The translations under genes and the position numbers were made by a program. Shown here piece after piece: positions 49,977-63,280 of a stretch of 64,000 nucleotides of DNA. The stretch comes from Glaucostegus cemiculus. Taxonomy: Eukaryota. The notes below the pieces were generated by a model that worked only from the letters and a program-made list of their open reading frames with translations, had not been told where the DNA came from and did not search any database. The number at the start of each line of letters is the position of its first letter. The stretch's first letter is position 1. The stretch covers positions 682,001-746,000 of the forward strand of contig CDPCPM010000571.1 in assembly GCA_976551045.1 (NCBI GenBank). The letters are read 5' to 3'.

Positions 49977-50589
49977 GGAGAGAGAAACAGTACCAAAACA
50001 GGCCCTTTGGCACACTCATGGTAATCTACAGCAGGATTTGGGAGATCGGTAGGTCAACTGGGCACTGTAAAACACCACATAGACAGCACCAGAGGTCAGA
50101 TTCGAACCCAGGCCTCTGGAGCTGCGAGGCAGCAGCTCCGCCAGCTGTGCCACGACAGAAGGCACTACGCGTGCTTTGTACCGGCGATATTCTGCAGACG
50201 CTCTCACTCTCTCCTGGGCTGTGAGCTTTCTCCTTCTCTCCAGTGCCTTCACTGCTGCCGCCCCTTCACCTCGAAGACGCGGATTGACAAGTGCACCCCC
50301 CCTCGCATTACGCGGCGCTCCCTGCAGTCCGCACCTCCTCCTTCCTCCGGCGGTACACCTCGGTCAGTCCGGATGGGAAGCAGATTGGCACCGAAAAGAA
50401 TTCGGAGAAGTGTGCATCAACTAATATTTTACCTGCTTACTGGAGAGTAAAGCAGCATAGTAGCTGTGTTACGGCTCCGCTAAACTGGTAACTGGGCTAA
50501 TAATTCAGAGGTTGTATCCCACTGCAGTCATTTGAGAAATGAACTCATTGTTTTTAAAAAGCTGCTTGCCATTTTAAGCTGTCTAATTG

Positions 50590-50932
50590 CCACAGAGAGA
50601 TACAACACAGAAACAGGGCCTTCAGCCCAGCAACTCGGCAATGACCGTCAAACACCCACTTGCACTAGTCCTACATTAATCCCATTTTTTTTATTCTCCC
50701 CACATTCCCATCAACTCCCTCAGATCCTGCCTGTCGCCCACACGCCAGGCGCCAGTTACAGCGGCCAATTAACCTACCAACCTGCACATCTTTGGGATGT
50801 GGGAGGAAACCAGAGCACCCCGAGGAGACCCATATGGTAGCAGGGAGAATGTGCAAACACCCAAGGTCAGGATCAAACCCGGGTCTCTGGCGCCGCGAGG
50901 TAGCGGCTCATCCAGATGCGCCACTGTGCTGC
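50590..50932 (-). mobile_element. HE1-like V-SINE
   Basis: Full antisense copy. Confidence 0.85.
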
Positions 50933-51030
50933 CCAGGAGACCGGACCAATGAGCTCCTGGGAAGGGAACATGTCATCCTCCCCCAGTTTACCCTGCTCCT
51001 GCCCGACGTCAGAAAATCAGTCATCACTAA

Positions 51031-51523
51031 TGTCAGATCCGGTTGCTTTCAGATCCGCAGATTCTTTCAGGAATGAGTTGGAAACAACTTGGTGCTTCAG
51101 AAAGTTTTAATGGAAAAAATTAAAACAAAGAAACAGTCACAGAGCACGTGGCACTGGCTTTACTACTGGGAGATGGGCCGAGACAAAGGGAACTAAAGGT
51201 GAGCTAGGGTTGGGGTCGGGGAGGAGGGTGGGTGGGGGAAGAGAGCAAGAGAGAGAGTAACAAAAAATGACACCTTTTATACCTGAGATAAGAGATGCTC
51301 CTTAACTAACAATAGTCCGATCAGGAAACCTATTAGATACCTGTGGCCAAGCCAACCAATGAAAAAACGTGTATTCACCTGATGGATGAACCAATAAGCT
51401 AGGAAGCGGCCATTCCTTGTGCAGCCACTTGAGGAGTATTAAACACTGTACATGGTAAAAAAACTAATTAAAACAGTTGAATCCAATATTATAAAGAATA
51501 AGGTGAATAGACATTTCTGAACA
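51031..51523 (-). mobile_element. Putative ERV-like solo LTR
   Basis: Minus strand TGTTCAGA...TCTGACA termini, CCAAT boxes (51356, 51391), TATAAAAG (51274-51281) and ATTAAA (51106-51111) in U3-R-U5 order. No TSD found. Confidence 0.45.
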
Positions 51524-51587
51524 AAACCATGCCTAGCAGCAGGATGTGGATCACGGATTTCAAATCATTGAGCATAAAAACTGAGGG

Positions 51588-51868
51588 CAGGCACAGTAGT
51601 GTAGTGGTTAGTGTAACACCTTACAGCGCCAGCGACCCGGGTTCAATTCCCACCGCTGTCTGTAAAGAGTTTGTATGTTCTCCCAGTGTTTGCGTGGGTT
51701 TCCTCCAGGTGCTCCGGTTTCCTCCCACATTCGGGTTAGGAAGTTGTGGGCATGCTATGTTGGCGCCGGAAGTGTGGCGACACTTGTGGTCTACTCCCAG
51801 AGCACTCTACGCAAAAGATGCATTTCATTTTATGTTTCGATGTACATGTGACTAGTAAAGATACCTTA
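51588..51868 (+). mobile_element. V-SINE subfamily A
   Basis: Near-full copy. Confidence 0.9.
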
Positions 51869-53322
51869 AAAGACTTCTTCAGCCATCGAGCTGGTGGCAC
51901 TGCCAGACGGGGTGGTGAATGCAGGTTCAATCTATTGAAGGGCAGTTGAAGCCTCACTTGAGCAGGAGATGGGGAAGGAGTGGGAGAGTGAAACCACGGG
52001 CATGGGCACAATGGGCCAATGGTGCAATCTTCACCCTGCAGACTGCAGCATAGGCCAGGGACTTGATGAGGGGCATTGAGAAAGGGCTTGGTTGGCACCA
52101 CCCCCGCTGCCTACTCCTCCCTGCGCCAGCCCTCCATTTACCCTTCTACAGGCTGCACCGCCCCCCCCCTTCCTGGGATCAAAATGCTATAAGCAAAACC
52201 AGTCTGCACGGCAAGCCAAACCGAAGACTGTAACCTGGCAGAGCTTGTAACGGGGCTCACGTATTCCCTCCCCTCCAATACTCCCCTGATATTCCTGTTC
52301 CGTTCTTGTCTATTCCTCCAAGGCCTCCAAAGGATCTTCCTCCCCCCTTTTTGAGGGACCTGACACTGATCCCCAATCCCACGCTCTGGTTCCCGAGGAG
52401 GCACTTTCTAAATGAAGGTGATTACACAGCCGCGTACTGCAGTGGTAGTCTGGGTTTTCACTGATTAATCATCACTTCCACGCGACAGAGCAATCTGCAA
52501 GTCCTCTGCTGTTATAGCTCTCCCGCAGTGTAACAACTTGTTTACAACTCGACTGAAAGCAGCCAGAGCTCAGGAGAGAGAGAGAGAGAGAGGGGGGGGG
52601 GGAGAGGGAGGGGGGGAGAGGGAGGGAGGGAGGGAGAGAGAGAGAGAGAGAGAAGATTGCTCCATTTCATCCAAGCTTGCCACCAGATACATGATGGAGA
52701 TTACACAGATGACTTGGCCAGCACTTTCAGACGATGCAGAGGGTCGCCTGACTGACCTGGTTAGAGCCACCCCATCCTGCCTTCTGGTCCCCACGCCAAT
52801 GGGTCAGAGGATTTGACACACAGGATGGCGGGGAATTGGGAATGGAATCGGTATTGGTTTATTATTGTCACTTGTACCGACGTACAGTGAAAAACTTGTC
52901 TTGCATACCGTTCGTACAGATCAATTCATTGCAGAGTGCATTGAGGTAGTACAGGGTATGACAATAACAGAATGCAGAGTAAAGTGTCACAGGAAGGAGG
53001 GGGATTAAAAGTTGGCATCAGCAGGGGTGGTGCAATGGAGATGATTCATCCCGTAAAGTATACCCATGAAAACACACATCAGGTGTCGGTGATGCTGATT
53101 CCATTGGTGGGGTAGAAACAGACCGTCCCGGGTTAGAAACGGCCGACTTAGGGACACCCTTACATATGAACAAGCTCCCATAATATTGCTAACTTTCAAA
53201 AGTCCGACGTACGTACATATGAGCGGCAGAACTCGTTTCCCCACTCTCTGCACTTCTAGTACTTGTTCATTCTTATCAGTCGTTTGATGCCATTCATGAT
53301 GAGTGTGAGGTGGTGCGCTTAC

Positions 53323-53379
53323 CGTATCAAGTGGTTTCTGTGTATTTTCCGACATGGACAAAACTGACCAATTGGACAT
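53323..53379 (-). other. Candidate 57-nt exon
   Basis: ttcctgtttttacag acceptor and ACG|GTAAGC donor; open as CPIGQFCPCRKIHRNHLIR (phase 2-2) or MSNWSVLSMSENTQKPLDT (phase 0). Confidence 0.25.
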
Positions 53380-53884
53380 CTGTAAAAACAGGAACCCGTT
53401 CGCTACCTGGGGCGGCCTGTTAAATAGTCGATAGCAGTGGTTAACCGTGTTGGATTAGCGCATGAACACAAGGCTGACAAGTAAAGTGTGGCCTGTAAAG
53501 CTCTGCAGGAGTTGATGAATTACACAACATTAACGTCACAGGACATGGTAGGATGACTCCAATCAATGGGATGCACATCTGGATGGATATAAATCGTTCA
53601 GATGAGGCCATGAAAGGAGAGAAGTGGGGACTGTAGAAGGATATTTCAGCTTCAGTAGGGAGGCACATATGTGAGAGAGGACATGAAGGACAAGCACAGA
53701 ACCATTTTATTACAGAGATGAATGGAGGTCTTGCTGTAGATACCAAGGACACAGTTGCACAGCCGGTAGAGCTGCTGCCTCACAGCACCAGAGACCCTGG
53801 TTCAATCCTGACCTCTGGTGCTGTCGGTGTGGAGTTTGCATGTTCTCCTTGTGACCTTCTAGTTTCTACCTTCCCCCCCCCCCC

Positions 53885-54410
53885 CCTTTTCCACGAGTAG
53901 TTTACTTAGTGACGATAGAATTACATTACTTCAATATTACAATACATGATGTTACAGGTTCAGATTATAACAAGGTCGTCGCCATCCAGAACGCACTCGA
54001 GCCCCTGATGTGCCCACTGGCTCCAGAAATCCCCCACTGTACCCGTTGATACTGCGCACCCCTGCCCCAGGGGCACACGGGCACGGGTGTAACCCCCGGG
54101 AGAGGGGCAGGCAATCGGCTGATTGACTTCCTGCCGTCTAGACCCGTGAAGGGCCGCCCTGGAGATCCCCCGATCGACCCAGCACCCCCTCCACTCCCCC
54201 CCCCCCCACACACACACACACCCCCGCACCGGGTGACCGAAGATCAGGAGCGTGGGGCTGAAGTGCAGCCTACACATGAGGAGTAGCCCCTTCAGGTACT
54301 CAGAGGCTGGAACCTCTCACACTCCCCATATACAGGATACACCGTCTTCTCCTGGCCGCAGAAAAGGTAGGTGCCTGGCAAATCCGTAAGCCGATTTAGG
54401 AATCTGTTAC
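53885..54410 (-). mobile_element. Tx1 (L1-clade) LINE ORF2 C-terminus inserted in a V-SINE
   Basis: LFCGQEKTVYPVYGECERFQPL (zinc-knuckle remnant), LHFSPTLLIFGHPVR, GYTRARVPL...AVSTGTVGDFWSQWAHQGLEC. SINE halves at 53745-53870 and 54415-54610. Confidence 0.75.
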
Positions 54411-55129
54411 ACCCTGTGACCTCCAGGTAGTCTGACATCCCAAAGCTGTGGGGGGTGGTTAACTGGCCGCAAGTCGTCCCGAGTGTGTAGGTGAGTGGCA
54501 GAATCTGGGGGAGGTTGTAGCTGAGGGGAATGTGGGGAGCGTGGTTGATGGGGTGATTGATGGTCAGTGTGGACTGAATGGCCCTGTCCATTTGTGTGCC
54601 TCTCTATGACCCGTACGACAAGCTCTGATCTGCAGCTGTGAGATGAGGGACCAGTTGCAACAGCCGGGAGCACACAATTGACGCGCAGTTGACTGGGGTA
54701 ATAATGCTTCTGCTGGAAGACAGGCTGGAGTCAGTGACCTGTCTTGTGGCTAGGCCCGTATAAGAGGCAATAAGGGGAGAAAACATCGTTAAGCTGACTG
54801 AGTAATAAGACTTTCAATTCTTCAGCACAAAGTCGGGTGTGTCATTAGCACCAGCGACCACTGCATTAGCAAGAATCGCTAACCAAGTAGCAAAATATAG
54901 CGTTAGTCGCTGGAGGAATCTGATGGATTGATCCGAGCCTCTGGGAGAGGCCAGAACCATGAAGGAGTCGCCTGAAGAAGGTGATTCTGAAACCAGTTAA
55001 CCAATGTGTAATATCACAAGTACATGGCCCCAGGCTTAAAGACATTCCTGCCTAGTTAAATTTAAGACGTATCCAGATAACTATTTGAACCACCAAGGCA
55101 ATAGAAAGCGACGGATCATATGCTGGTAA

Positions 55130-56215
55130 ATGGTAATTGGTTTGTTATTGTCACGTGTACCAAGATAAAGTGAAAAACTTTGTTTGGTATGTCATCCATA
55201 CAGATCCTTTCAAAACATAAGTACACTGAGGTAGTACAAAGCAATAACAGGATGCAGAATATTACAGAGAAAGTGCAGGGCAGGTAGACTATAAGGTGCA
55301 AGAATTCCATTCTATAGTCTTACAACAGTGGGATAGAAGCTGCCCTTGAGCCTGGTGGTGTGTGTTTTCAAACTTTGTACCTTCTGCCTGATGGAAGGGG
55401 GGAGAAGAGAGAATGTCGGGCTGGAGGGGTCCCTGGTTATCTGGCTGCTTTCCTGAGGCAGCAGGAAGTGCAGACAGTGTCAACGGAGGGGAGGCTGGTT
55501 TTCATGATGGACTGGGATGTGTCCACAACTCGGCAATTTCTTGCGGTCTCGGGCAGAGCAGTTGCCGTACCAGGCTGTGGTGCCACCAGATAGAATGCTT
55601 TCTGTAGTACATCTATAAAAATCGGTGAGGGTCAACAGGGGCATGCCAAATTGCTCTGGCCTCCTGATGCTGGGGTGCTTCCTTGACCATAGCATCTGCG
55701 TGGTTGGACCAGGACAAGCTATCGGTGGTTTTTACACCTAGGAAACTGAAGCTCTCAACCATCTCCACCTCAGAATCATTGACACATACAGGGGCATGTA
55801 CACTGCCCCCTTTCCTGAAGTCAATGACCAGCTCTTTTGTTTTGCTGACATTGAGGGAAAGGTTGTTGTCATGACATCATGCCTCTAGGCTCTCTATCTC
55901 CTTCCTGTACCCCAACTCATTGCTGTTTGAGATACGGTGGTGTCATCTGCAAACTTGTGGATGGAGGTAGAGCAGATTCAGGTCACACGGTCACGAGTGC
56001 ATGGGGAGTAAAGTAAGGGGCTGAGGACACAGCCTTGTAGGGCACCAGTGCTGAGGATAATCGCTGCCTATCCTCACTGATTGCCATCTGTTGGTCAGGA
56101 AGTCAAGGATCCAGTTGCCAAGGGAGATGCAGAGTCCCACATCTGGGAGTTTGGAGATGCACTTGTTTGGAGTTATGATATTGAAGGCGGAGCTGTAGTC
56201 AATAAATAGGAATCT
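55130..56215 (-). mobile_element. Rex1/Babar LINE, longer 3' fragment including RT end
   Basis: LTDFYRCTTESILSGGTTAWYGNCSARDRKKL; antisense 'HKFADDTTV' near 55935-55960. Confidence 0.88.
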
Positions 56216-56616
56216 ATAAAGATGGGTACATAATGGTCAGCATGGACATGGCAGCGGAAGGGCCTGTTTCGTTGCTGTACGATGTTATTATTCTAAGCTG
56301 GAATACAAAGAAACTCATAAAGGCCAGGAAGAAAATGGCAAAGTTTTCTAGCAAGTGACATCCCTGTTACGGGTAAACAAAAAGGGGATGAAGAATTCCT
56401 AATCTGGCAAGTCACTCAAATTAGAATGATGAAAGAAAGTGTGGGGGATAAAGCAGCTCACTACATTGGCGTCAGAAGTGTGGCAACACTTGTGGGCTGC
56501 CCCCAGAACACTCTACGCAGAAGATGCACTTTGCTGTGTGTTTTGATGTACGTGTGACTAATAAAGAAATCTTATCTTATCTTACTAGAAGATAAGATTA
56601 CTAGAAAAAAGCATGG

Positions 56617-56912
56617 ATGGCACGGTAGCATAGTGGTTAGCACAATGCTTTACAGCGCCAGCGACCTGGGTTCAAATCCGGCCACTGTCTGTAAGGAGTT
56701 TGTATGTTCTCCCCATGTGTCTGCGTGGGTTTCCTCCGGGTGCTCTGGTTTCCACCCTCATTCCAAAGACGTATGGGTTAGGAAGTTGTGGGCATGCTAT
56801 GTTGGCACCGGAAGCGTGGCAACACTTGCGGGTTGCCCCCAGAACACTCTACGCAAAAGATGCATTACACTGTGTGTTTCGTTGTACATGTGACTGATAA
56901 AGAGATCTTATT
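56617..56912 (+). mobile_element. V-SINE subfamily A (tail-only copy upstream at 56461-56585)
   Basis: Full copy. Confidence 0.9.
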
Positions 56913-57309
56913 GAAGTGGGTTGGGTGAGTGCAGGACAACTGAGGCTCAATGGTAAAGATGTTTTTGCTGCAGTGTTTTTACCAGGGAGGAGGTGGTTAA
57001 TTTATTTGGTCCGGAAACAAAAGAAATAGGTAATAATGCCAGTCAGGCTGCCAAACAGCTGTGCAAACCTAGTGAAGAAATGAATTTCAATAGGCGATTA
57101 AGATGCATCCGAGGATTCTTGAGGAAATAAGGGAGGAAATTGCAGGAACTCTGGCAGAAACCTTCTGTAAGTTGCTGAATGCCAAGAGGCGCCTTGAAAT
57201 GGGTGAAAAGCAAACGTTGCTCTAACTTTACGGCAGGGAGCACAACGGTTGCTGATACAACACAGAAAGAGAAAATGATGGGGTATTCTGGTAAGTAAAG
57301 GGCAAAGGG

Positions 57310-57700
57310 TGGGCTACTGGGAGTTTGAATATGTCACCATAAGTGACAGGGGGTAGTATTTCTCTGGTGACACCGACACAGGGAAAGTGAGGGTGAGAAG
57401 ACACTCCAGAGCCTGAGGGGGGAGGAGCGGTGGAGGTACCTCAGTGAGAAGCCTGGGGTAAGGCTCGGGCGATGGAATGAAATGCTTGAATAAGGAGGCA
57501 GAGCCAGGGTGCTGATTGCAGTGGGGTCTGCCGGTGAAGGCCAAATGGTTGAAGATGTAACAGTGGGAAGGCTTCAGTGAGGTGGCACCAGCGTCGAGCC
57601 AGTTTTCACTCAAACCAACAAGGTTAATCCAGTCGTTCGCAATAAGATCATGGCTCATTAAGGCCTGATCCGCGGATATGTGAGCATTCCAAAGGCAGTA
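57310..57700 (-). mobile_element. Degenerate L2-type APE endonuclease remnant
   Basis: LWNAHISADQALMSHDLIANDWINLVGLSENWL resembles the 'N.RSL..K...DI..LTETWL' motif. Confidence 0.55.
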
Positions 57701-58699
57701 GATCAGTGTATGGATGGATGGGAAGGTAGGTATTGACTCAAAGATGTAGTGAAAATGCGACACATTACAATAAGGCCTGACAGTGCTGAGTGATGTGTAT
57801 GTCTCTCCAGTACTTTATAATGAGCATGTGCTGGAGATGTTACTGCTCCATTTGTTACAGCGCCTCTGGGTTTCAGATGCCAGTCAGTTGTTTGAATTCC
57901 TATCAGTGGAGTCTTTATCCCCAGCGCTGACTGCCTTTCACATTCAGACCGAGTTTTGGGTCCAAATTTATTTCTTCCCCGAAGGGAACAAAATGCAAGG
58001 CAAACAATTTCCATTTGTGTCTAATTTGTGCACTTCTGCTACAGTTGCATAGGCAACTTATCTAATGAGGTTCGTTTCTAGTCATACTCAGCACCTTGGC
58101 CTGTGATCCTCTCCAGCCCGGGATGATCATCGTAAGCCCCATCACAGTCCACCATCACCTGTGTGCCCACTGAACCCCTGCACCCAGCGATGCTTTTGCT
58201 CCCCTCTAACCTTCCTTAAGATGTTTCTGCAATCCTATTTCTTTGGATCGGTCTTTTTTTTATTGGACGTCTCCTAGCTTCACCTGTACAGACTTCCCAA
58301 TTATTTGAGGAACTTCCCCAAAATTAAGGCAATGATCACAAAGACCTATAAATTGAACTGCTCAGGCACCACCTTGTTATTTTCCGCACAGTCCAACTTC
58401 CACTGGGGAAGGAGAGGTTTGAGAAATATGGTGACCGGTGTATTTTTAGGGCCTGTGGTTTTCAGCCCCGTGTTCAATGATGATGCAGGGAGGAGCCTGG
58501 ATGCATTCAACAATCTCCACGAGCTTGAAAAACGTGGGCACCACCTTCTGAGATTCTTGGTGACATGTGATCAGCTGGTGCACCCACAGTCCGCCCAATA
58601 ACCCTATGAAACTTGCTTCTGTTCCAGTTAAAGGGCACCTCCCTGAACAAGTCAAAGAGCAGTGCTGGGAACCCAGCCAGGTTGAGGGGGGGAGAACTG

Positions 58700-59050
58700 T
58701 CAGAAGTTTTTTTAAGATTATGAGAGGCATTGATAAAAATGGTCAGTCAGAACCTTTCTCCCCAGGGTAGGAATGTCGAGTGCAACAGGACGTGCATTTA
58801 AGGTGAGAAAGGGGACAGATTAAAGGAGATAGGCAGGGCAAGTTTTTACACACAGAGCAGTGGGCGCCAGGGGTAACGGTGGAAGCAGATAAGATGGAGG
58901 CGTTTAAGAGGCTGTTAGATAGATGCATGGATGTGCAGGGAATGGAGGGACATGGATCATGTCCGGGCCGAAGAGATTTAGTTTAATTCGGCATCATGCT
59001 AGGTGCCGACAGTGGCCTGAGGAGCCTGTTCCAGCATTCTGTGTTCTAAG
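58700..59050 (+). mobile_element. CR1 3' fragment
   Basis: FKIMRGIDK...FKRLLDRCMDVQGMEG. Confidence 0.8.
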
Positions 59051-59775
59051 GTATACCCCCCTTTAAGTATTTTGCCTAACTGGCTCTCTTTTGGCCCCCA
59101 CCTCACCCCACTCACTAGTCTCATGACCCAGCTCAACGACCCACCCCAACCTTACCCCCCCCACCATCATCACCACACAACCAGCATCTCCAGTTTGTAT
59201 CTGAACTGGCCAGTCCCGATTTAAAGTCATCGCCCTGCAATGCCAACCACATCTCCTCCCTCCTTCACTGTTGCCTGACCTACTGAGGACTTCCAGCATT
59301 CTTTTTTGTTTAGATTTCCAGCGACTGCTGTGTTGAGGACTTAGTCTGGCACTTCTTCCTCCTCCATCCCCGTTGATCTCCCTTTATTTACGCCTCTGCT
59401 GGACAGACCAGCTGTGATTAACAAGCCTGCAGCTCCTCTCTTGGCCTGCACCACCATGTCCTTCAGTCCTCCTTGGTCTCCATCCAATCACAGAGCTTCC
59501 CTGGGCTTCAGCGTGCTGGTTCCAGTGGGCTTCTACTGCAAGGTGCTAGCTTCTGCTCACATTCAGTCCCAGGAGCTCCACTGCACCTCCATCGGCAATG
59601 GGTCCTGTGCAAATCAGGCACGTCATTTGCTGGCTGTTTTTTCCTGCTAGATCACAGAAGTAGTTTTGATACTTGATCATTAGTATTCAGCACAAACCAC
59701 CTGAGAGCGGAGATTCTCAGCACCTCCAACTCCTACTGCATCTGTTGAAGGATACTCCCTCCGTTGACTCCTTGT

Positions 59776-60085
59776 GGGTGACAGTGGTGCAGCTGGTAGA
59801 GCCACTGCCCCACAGTTGCAGAGACACCGGCTCAATCCTGACCTCAGCTGCTGTCTGTGTGGAGTCTGCATGTTCTCCCTCTGACCGCGTGGGTGCTCCA
59901 GTTTCCACCCACATCCCAAAGACCTGCGGGTTGGTAGGTTAATTGGCCGCTGGAAGTTGCTTCTGGTGAGTAGTGGAATCTGGGGGGAGTTGTTGGGAGT
60001 ATGGGGAGAATAGGTCACGGGGAAAATTACTGGTGGGACTGGGAGCCAGAATGGACTCAATGGGCCGAATAGCCTCCTTCTGTCT
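59776..60085 (+). mobile_element. HE1-like V-SINE
   Basis: Head, core and tail present. Confidence 0.8.
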
Positions 60086-62059
60086 TCAAAGATGAGTTTG
60101 GTGTTTTATTTGGCCATTATACATTGCCCCTATAAATAGCATGGGTAGGTGGTAGAATATGGACGCAGAGGTTACAGGGAAAAGTAATGGGATTGCTCTT
60201 TGAGCCAGCATAGATGGGCCAAATGGCCTCCTTCTACCTCCCTTCCTGTCTTCTACTGAGCCAGTGTAGAGCAGTGACCCTCAGTTAGGTTACAAGACTG
60301 ATAGTCCAGAGACCTGGTCTACCAGTTTAGAGACCTAAGTTCAAATTCCACCAGGGCAGTTGTGGAATTTAAGTTCAGTTGATAAACTGGAGTTTAATAT
60401 GTTATTTAGTAATGATGACCGTGAAAATACCAGATTTTACAGTTCACGTGTCCTTAAGGGAAGCAAACCTACTCTTATTATGTGACTCCTAATTGTCTCT
60501 GTGGCCAAACAAATTCAGTTTAAGAACAATTATGGATGAGGATTAAATGCCAGACTCACCAGCAACACATTGACCCTGAAAAAAAACATTTTAAAAAAAT
60601 CAAGGGCATTCTTTTCTACACAACCGAGGGATGTTTGTTACCACCACTGACGAGCTGTTGAATTTGACCTACTTCTGAGAATTCCCTTTCCAATGTCCTT
60701 CAGAGATGGATACCTAACCTGACTTGTCATTCCAGACCAACAGCCACGTGGTTGAATCTTATCTGCCCTGTGAACTGGCCCATTTGAGACCACTCGAATG
60801 CATCAAAACAGAGCAGGAATAAAATCAGATAGAGTGTGAATTAATAACTGATAACATCAGACCGGCCTCTCAGTGCTGACTGTGACACCAGGTTCAGAGT
60901 TTCTCCCGGCCCAGTTGATCTTGAGAAGTCCTCTTCACTGGCACTTCAGGGCTGGTGTCTGAACTGGGATGAACGTCCCAGTCTAGCGAGACCGTGACGT
61001 GATTGTACTCACCTTACGATGTGCAAGACTTCTCCATCGCAATCCGTGGGTAAATCCAGTCCCAGCTGCGGGACGGGTGCACCTGACATTCTCTTAGCTT
61101 TCCTAACCACTTCTATTTCCCTGCCAAACTCGACTGTTTTAGACTTTCGCCACTCCATTTGCCAGATCTCTGCCATATTTCTGACACAATGTTGCCAGGT
61201 CTCCCACCATCAACATCCAGGTGAGCATTGGCCAGAAACTCAACTGCACCAACCACATAAATACTGTGGCTACGGGAGCTGGTCACAGGCTGGGTATCCT
61301 GTGGTGAGTGACCTGCATCCTAATGGCTTGAAGCCTTTCCAACAGCTATGAGGGTGCAGGGATGCTCTTCGCCTGCCTGGATTAGTGAGCTGCAATATCC
61401 TACAAGCTTGATACCATCCAGGATAAAGCAGCCCTAACAACCATCCTAGATATTCATAGGGTCCATAGAAGGAAACAGGCCCTTCAGCCCACTGAGTCTG
61501 TGCTGACTGACAACCACCCACTTACACTAATCCCATTTTCTCTCAGTCAGCTCACCCCTAGATTCCACCACTCACCGCACACTCACCGCAATTTACAGCG
61601 GCCAACCCGAACTTTCTTATTTTTTTTGGATGGGGGAGGAGACCAGCACACCTGGGGGGGGTGGGGGGAGCCCATGTGACCACAGGGAGAACATGCAAAC
61701 TCCACACAGAGTGCCCGAGGTCAGGACTGAACCAGGTCTCTGACGCTGTGAGGGAAGCTGTGCCACTGTGATGCTCTCCAGCACTGCATGCAGTGTGCAC
61801 CATCCACAACACGGACCGCAGTTACTCACCGAGGATACTCCCAACAGCACCTCCCAGTTCCTTGACCTCTACCACCAGGAGCGAGGTCCAAAGGAACGCC
61901 ACCCCCTGCAGGTTCCCCTCCGTTGGACATCACGTCACTGCTCCCCGATCACTACTGGGTGTGTGTCCTGGAACTCCCAACGGTGAGGCTACATTCACCA
62001 AACAGACTTCCAAATAAAGAGCCTCAAAATCACCTCCTCAAACCTAACTAGAGACGAGC

Positions 62060-63280
62060 CATAAAACGTCTCACAAATTTGATTGAGTTCTCTGAAGAGG
62101 CGGGTAAGATGACAGACGAGGTCGTTGTCTGCATGGACTTTAGCAAGGCCTTTGACAAGGTCCCATGTGGTAGGCTAGTCCAAAAGATTAGATTACATGG
62201 GATCCCGGGTGAGCTGGCCAGTTGGATACCAACATTGTCCTGGTGGAAGGAGTCAAGAGGGTGGTAGTGGAGGGTAGTCTTTCAGTTTGGAGGACTGTGA
62301 CCAGTGGTGTGCCACAGGGATTGGTGCTGGGTCCCCTGTTGTTTGTCACCTATATTACCTTCTTGGTTGAGAATGTAGGTGGCATGCTTAGTAAGTTTGT
62401 GGACGACATCAAAATTTGTGGTATAGTTGGCAGTGGAGATGGTTATCTAAGATTACAGTGGGATCTAGATCAACTGGAGAAATGGGCTAAGGAATGGCAG
62501 ATGGAATTTAACCGCAATGTCTTGCATTTTGGTAAGTTAAACAGGGCAGGATTTACCCAGTAAATGGCAGGGCCCTGGGGAGTGTTGTAGAACAGGGAGA
62601 CCTTAGGGTTCAGGTACATAGTTCCCTGAAAGTAGTGATATGGGTAGACAGAGTGGTGAGGAAGGCCTATGGCACGTTTGCCTTCATCGCTCAGGGCACT
62701 GAGTAAAGTTGGGACGTCATGTTACAACTGTACAAGCCGCTGGTGAGACTGCACTCGGGGTATTGTGTGCGCTTCTGGTCGCCCAGCTATAGGATGTCAG
62801 TCAGCTAGAAAGGGTGCAGGAAAGATTCAGGAGGACCTTACCCGGACTGGGCTTGAGTTATAAGGAGAGGCTGGGGCTTTTGTCCCTGGAATGAACGAGG
62901 CTGAGGGGTGACCTTATAGAGGTTTATAAACTCATGAGGGGTGTAGATAGGGTGGATGGTCACGGTCTTTTTCCCCAGGGTAGGGGAATCTAAAACTAGA
63001 GGGTACAGACTTAAGGTAAGAGGGGAAAGGTTTAAAAGGGACCTGAGGGGCAGGTTTTTCTACACAGTGTGGTGGGTGTATGGAACGAGCTCCACAGAGA
63101 TCACTGTAGAGGCAGGTACAATTACAACGTTTAAAAGACACTTAGAACAGTACATGGATGGGGCAGGTTTAGAAGGATGTGGGACAAATGCAGACAAATA
63201 GGACCAGCACAGGTAGATGAGTTGGTCAGCATGGACAAGTTGGGCCAAAGGGCCTGTTTTTGTGCTGTATAACTCTGACT
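62060..63280 (+). mobile_element. CR1 LINE RT domain through 3'UTR (disrupted)
   Basis: CMDFSKAFDKVP, VTSGVPQGLVLGPLLF, KFVDDIK, LQWDLDQLEKWAKEWQMEFN. Confidence 0.93.
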
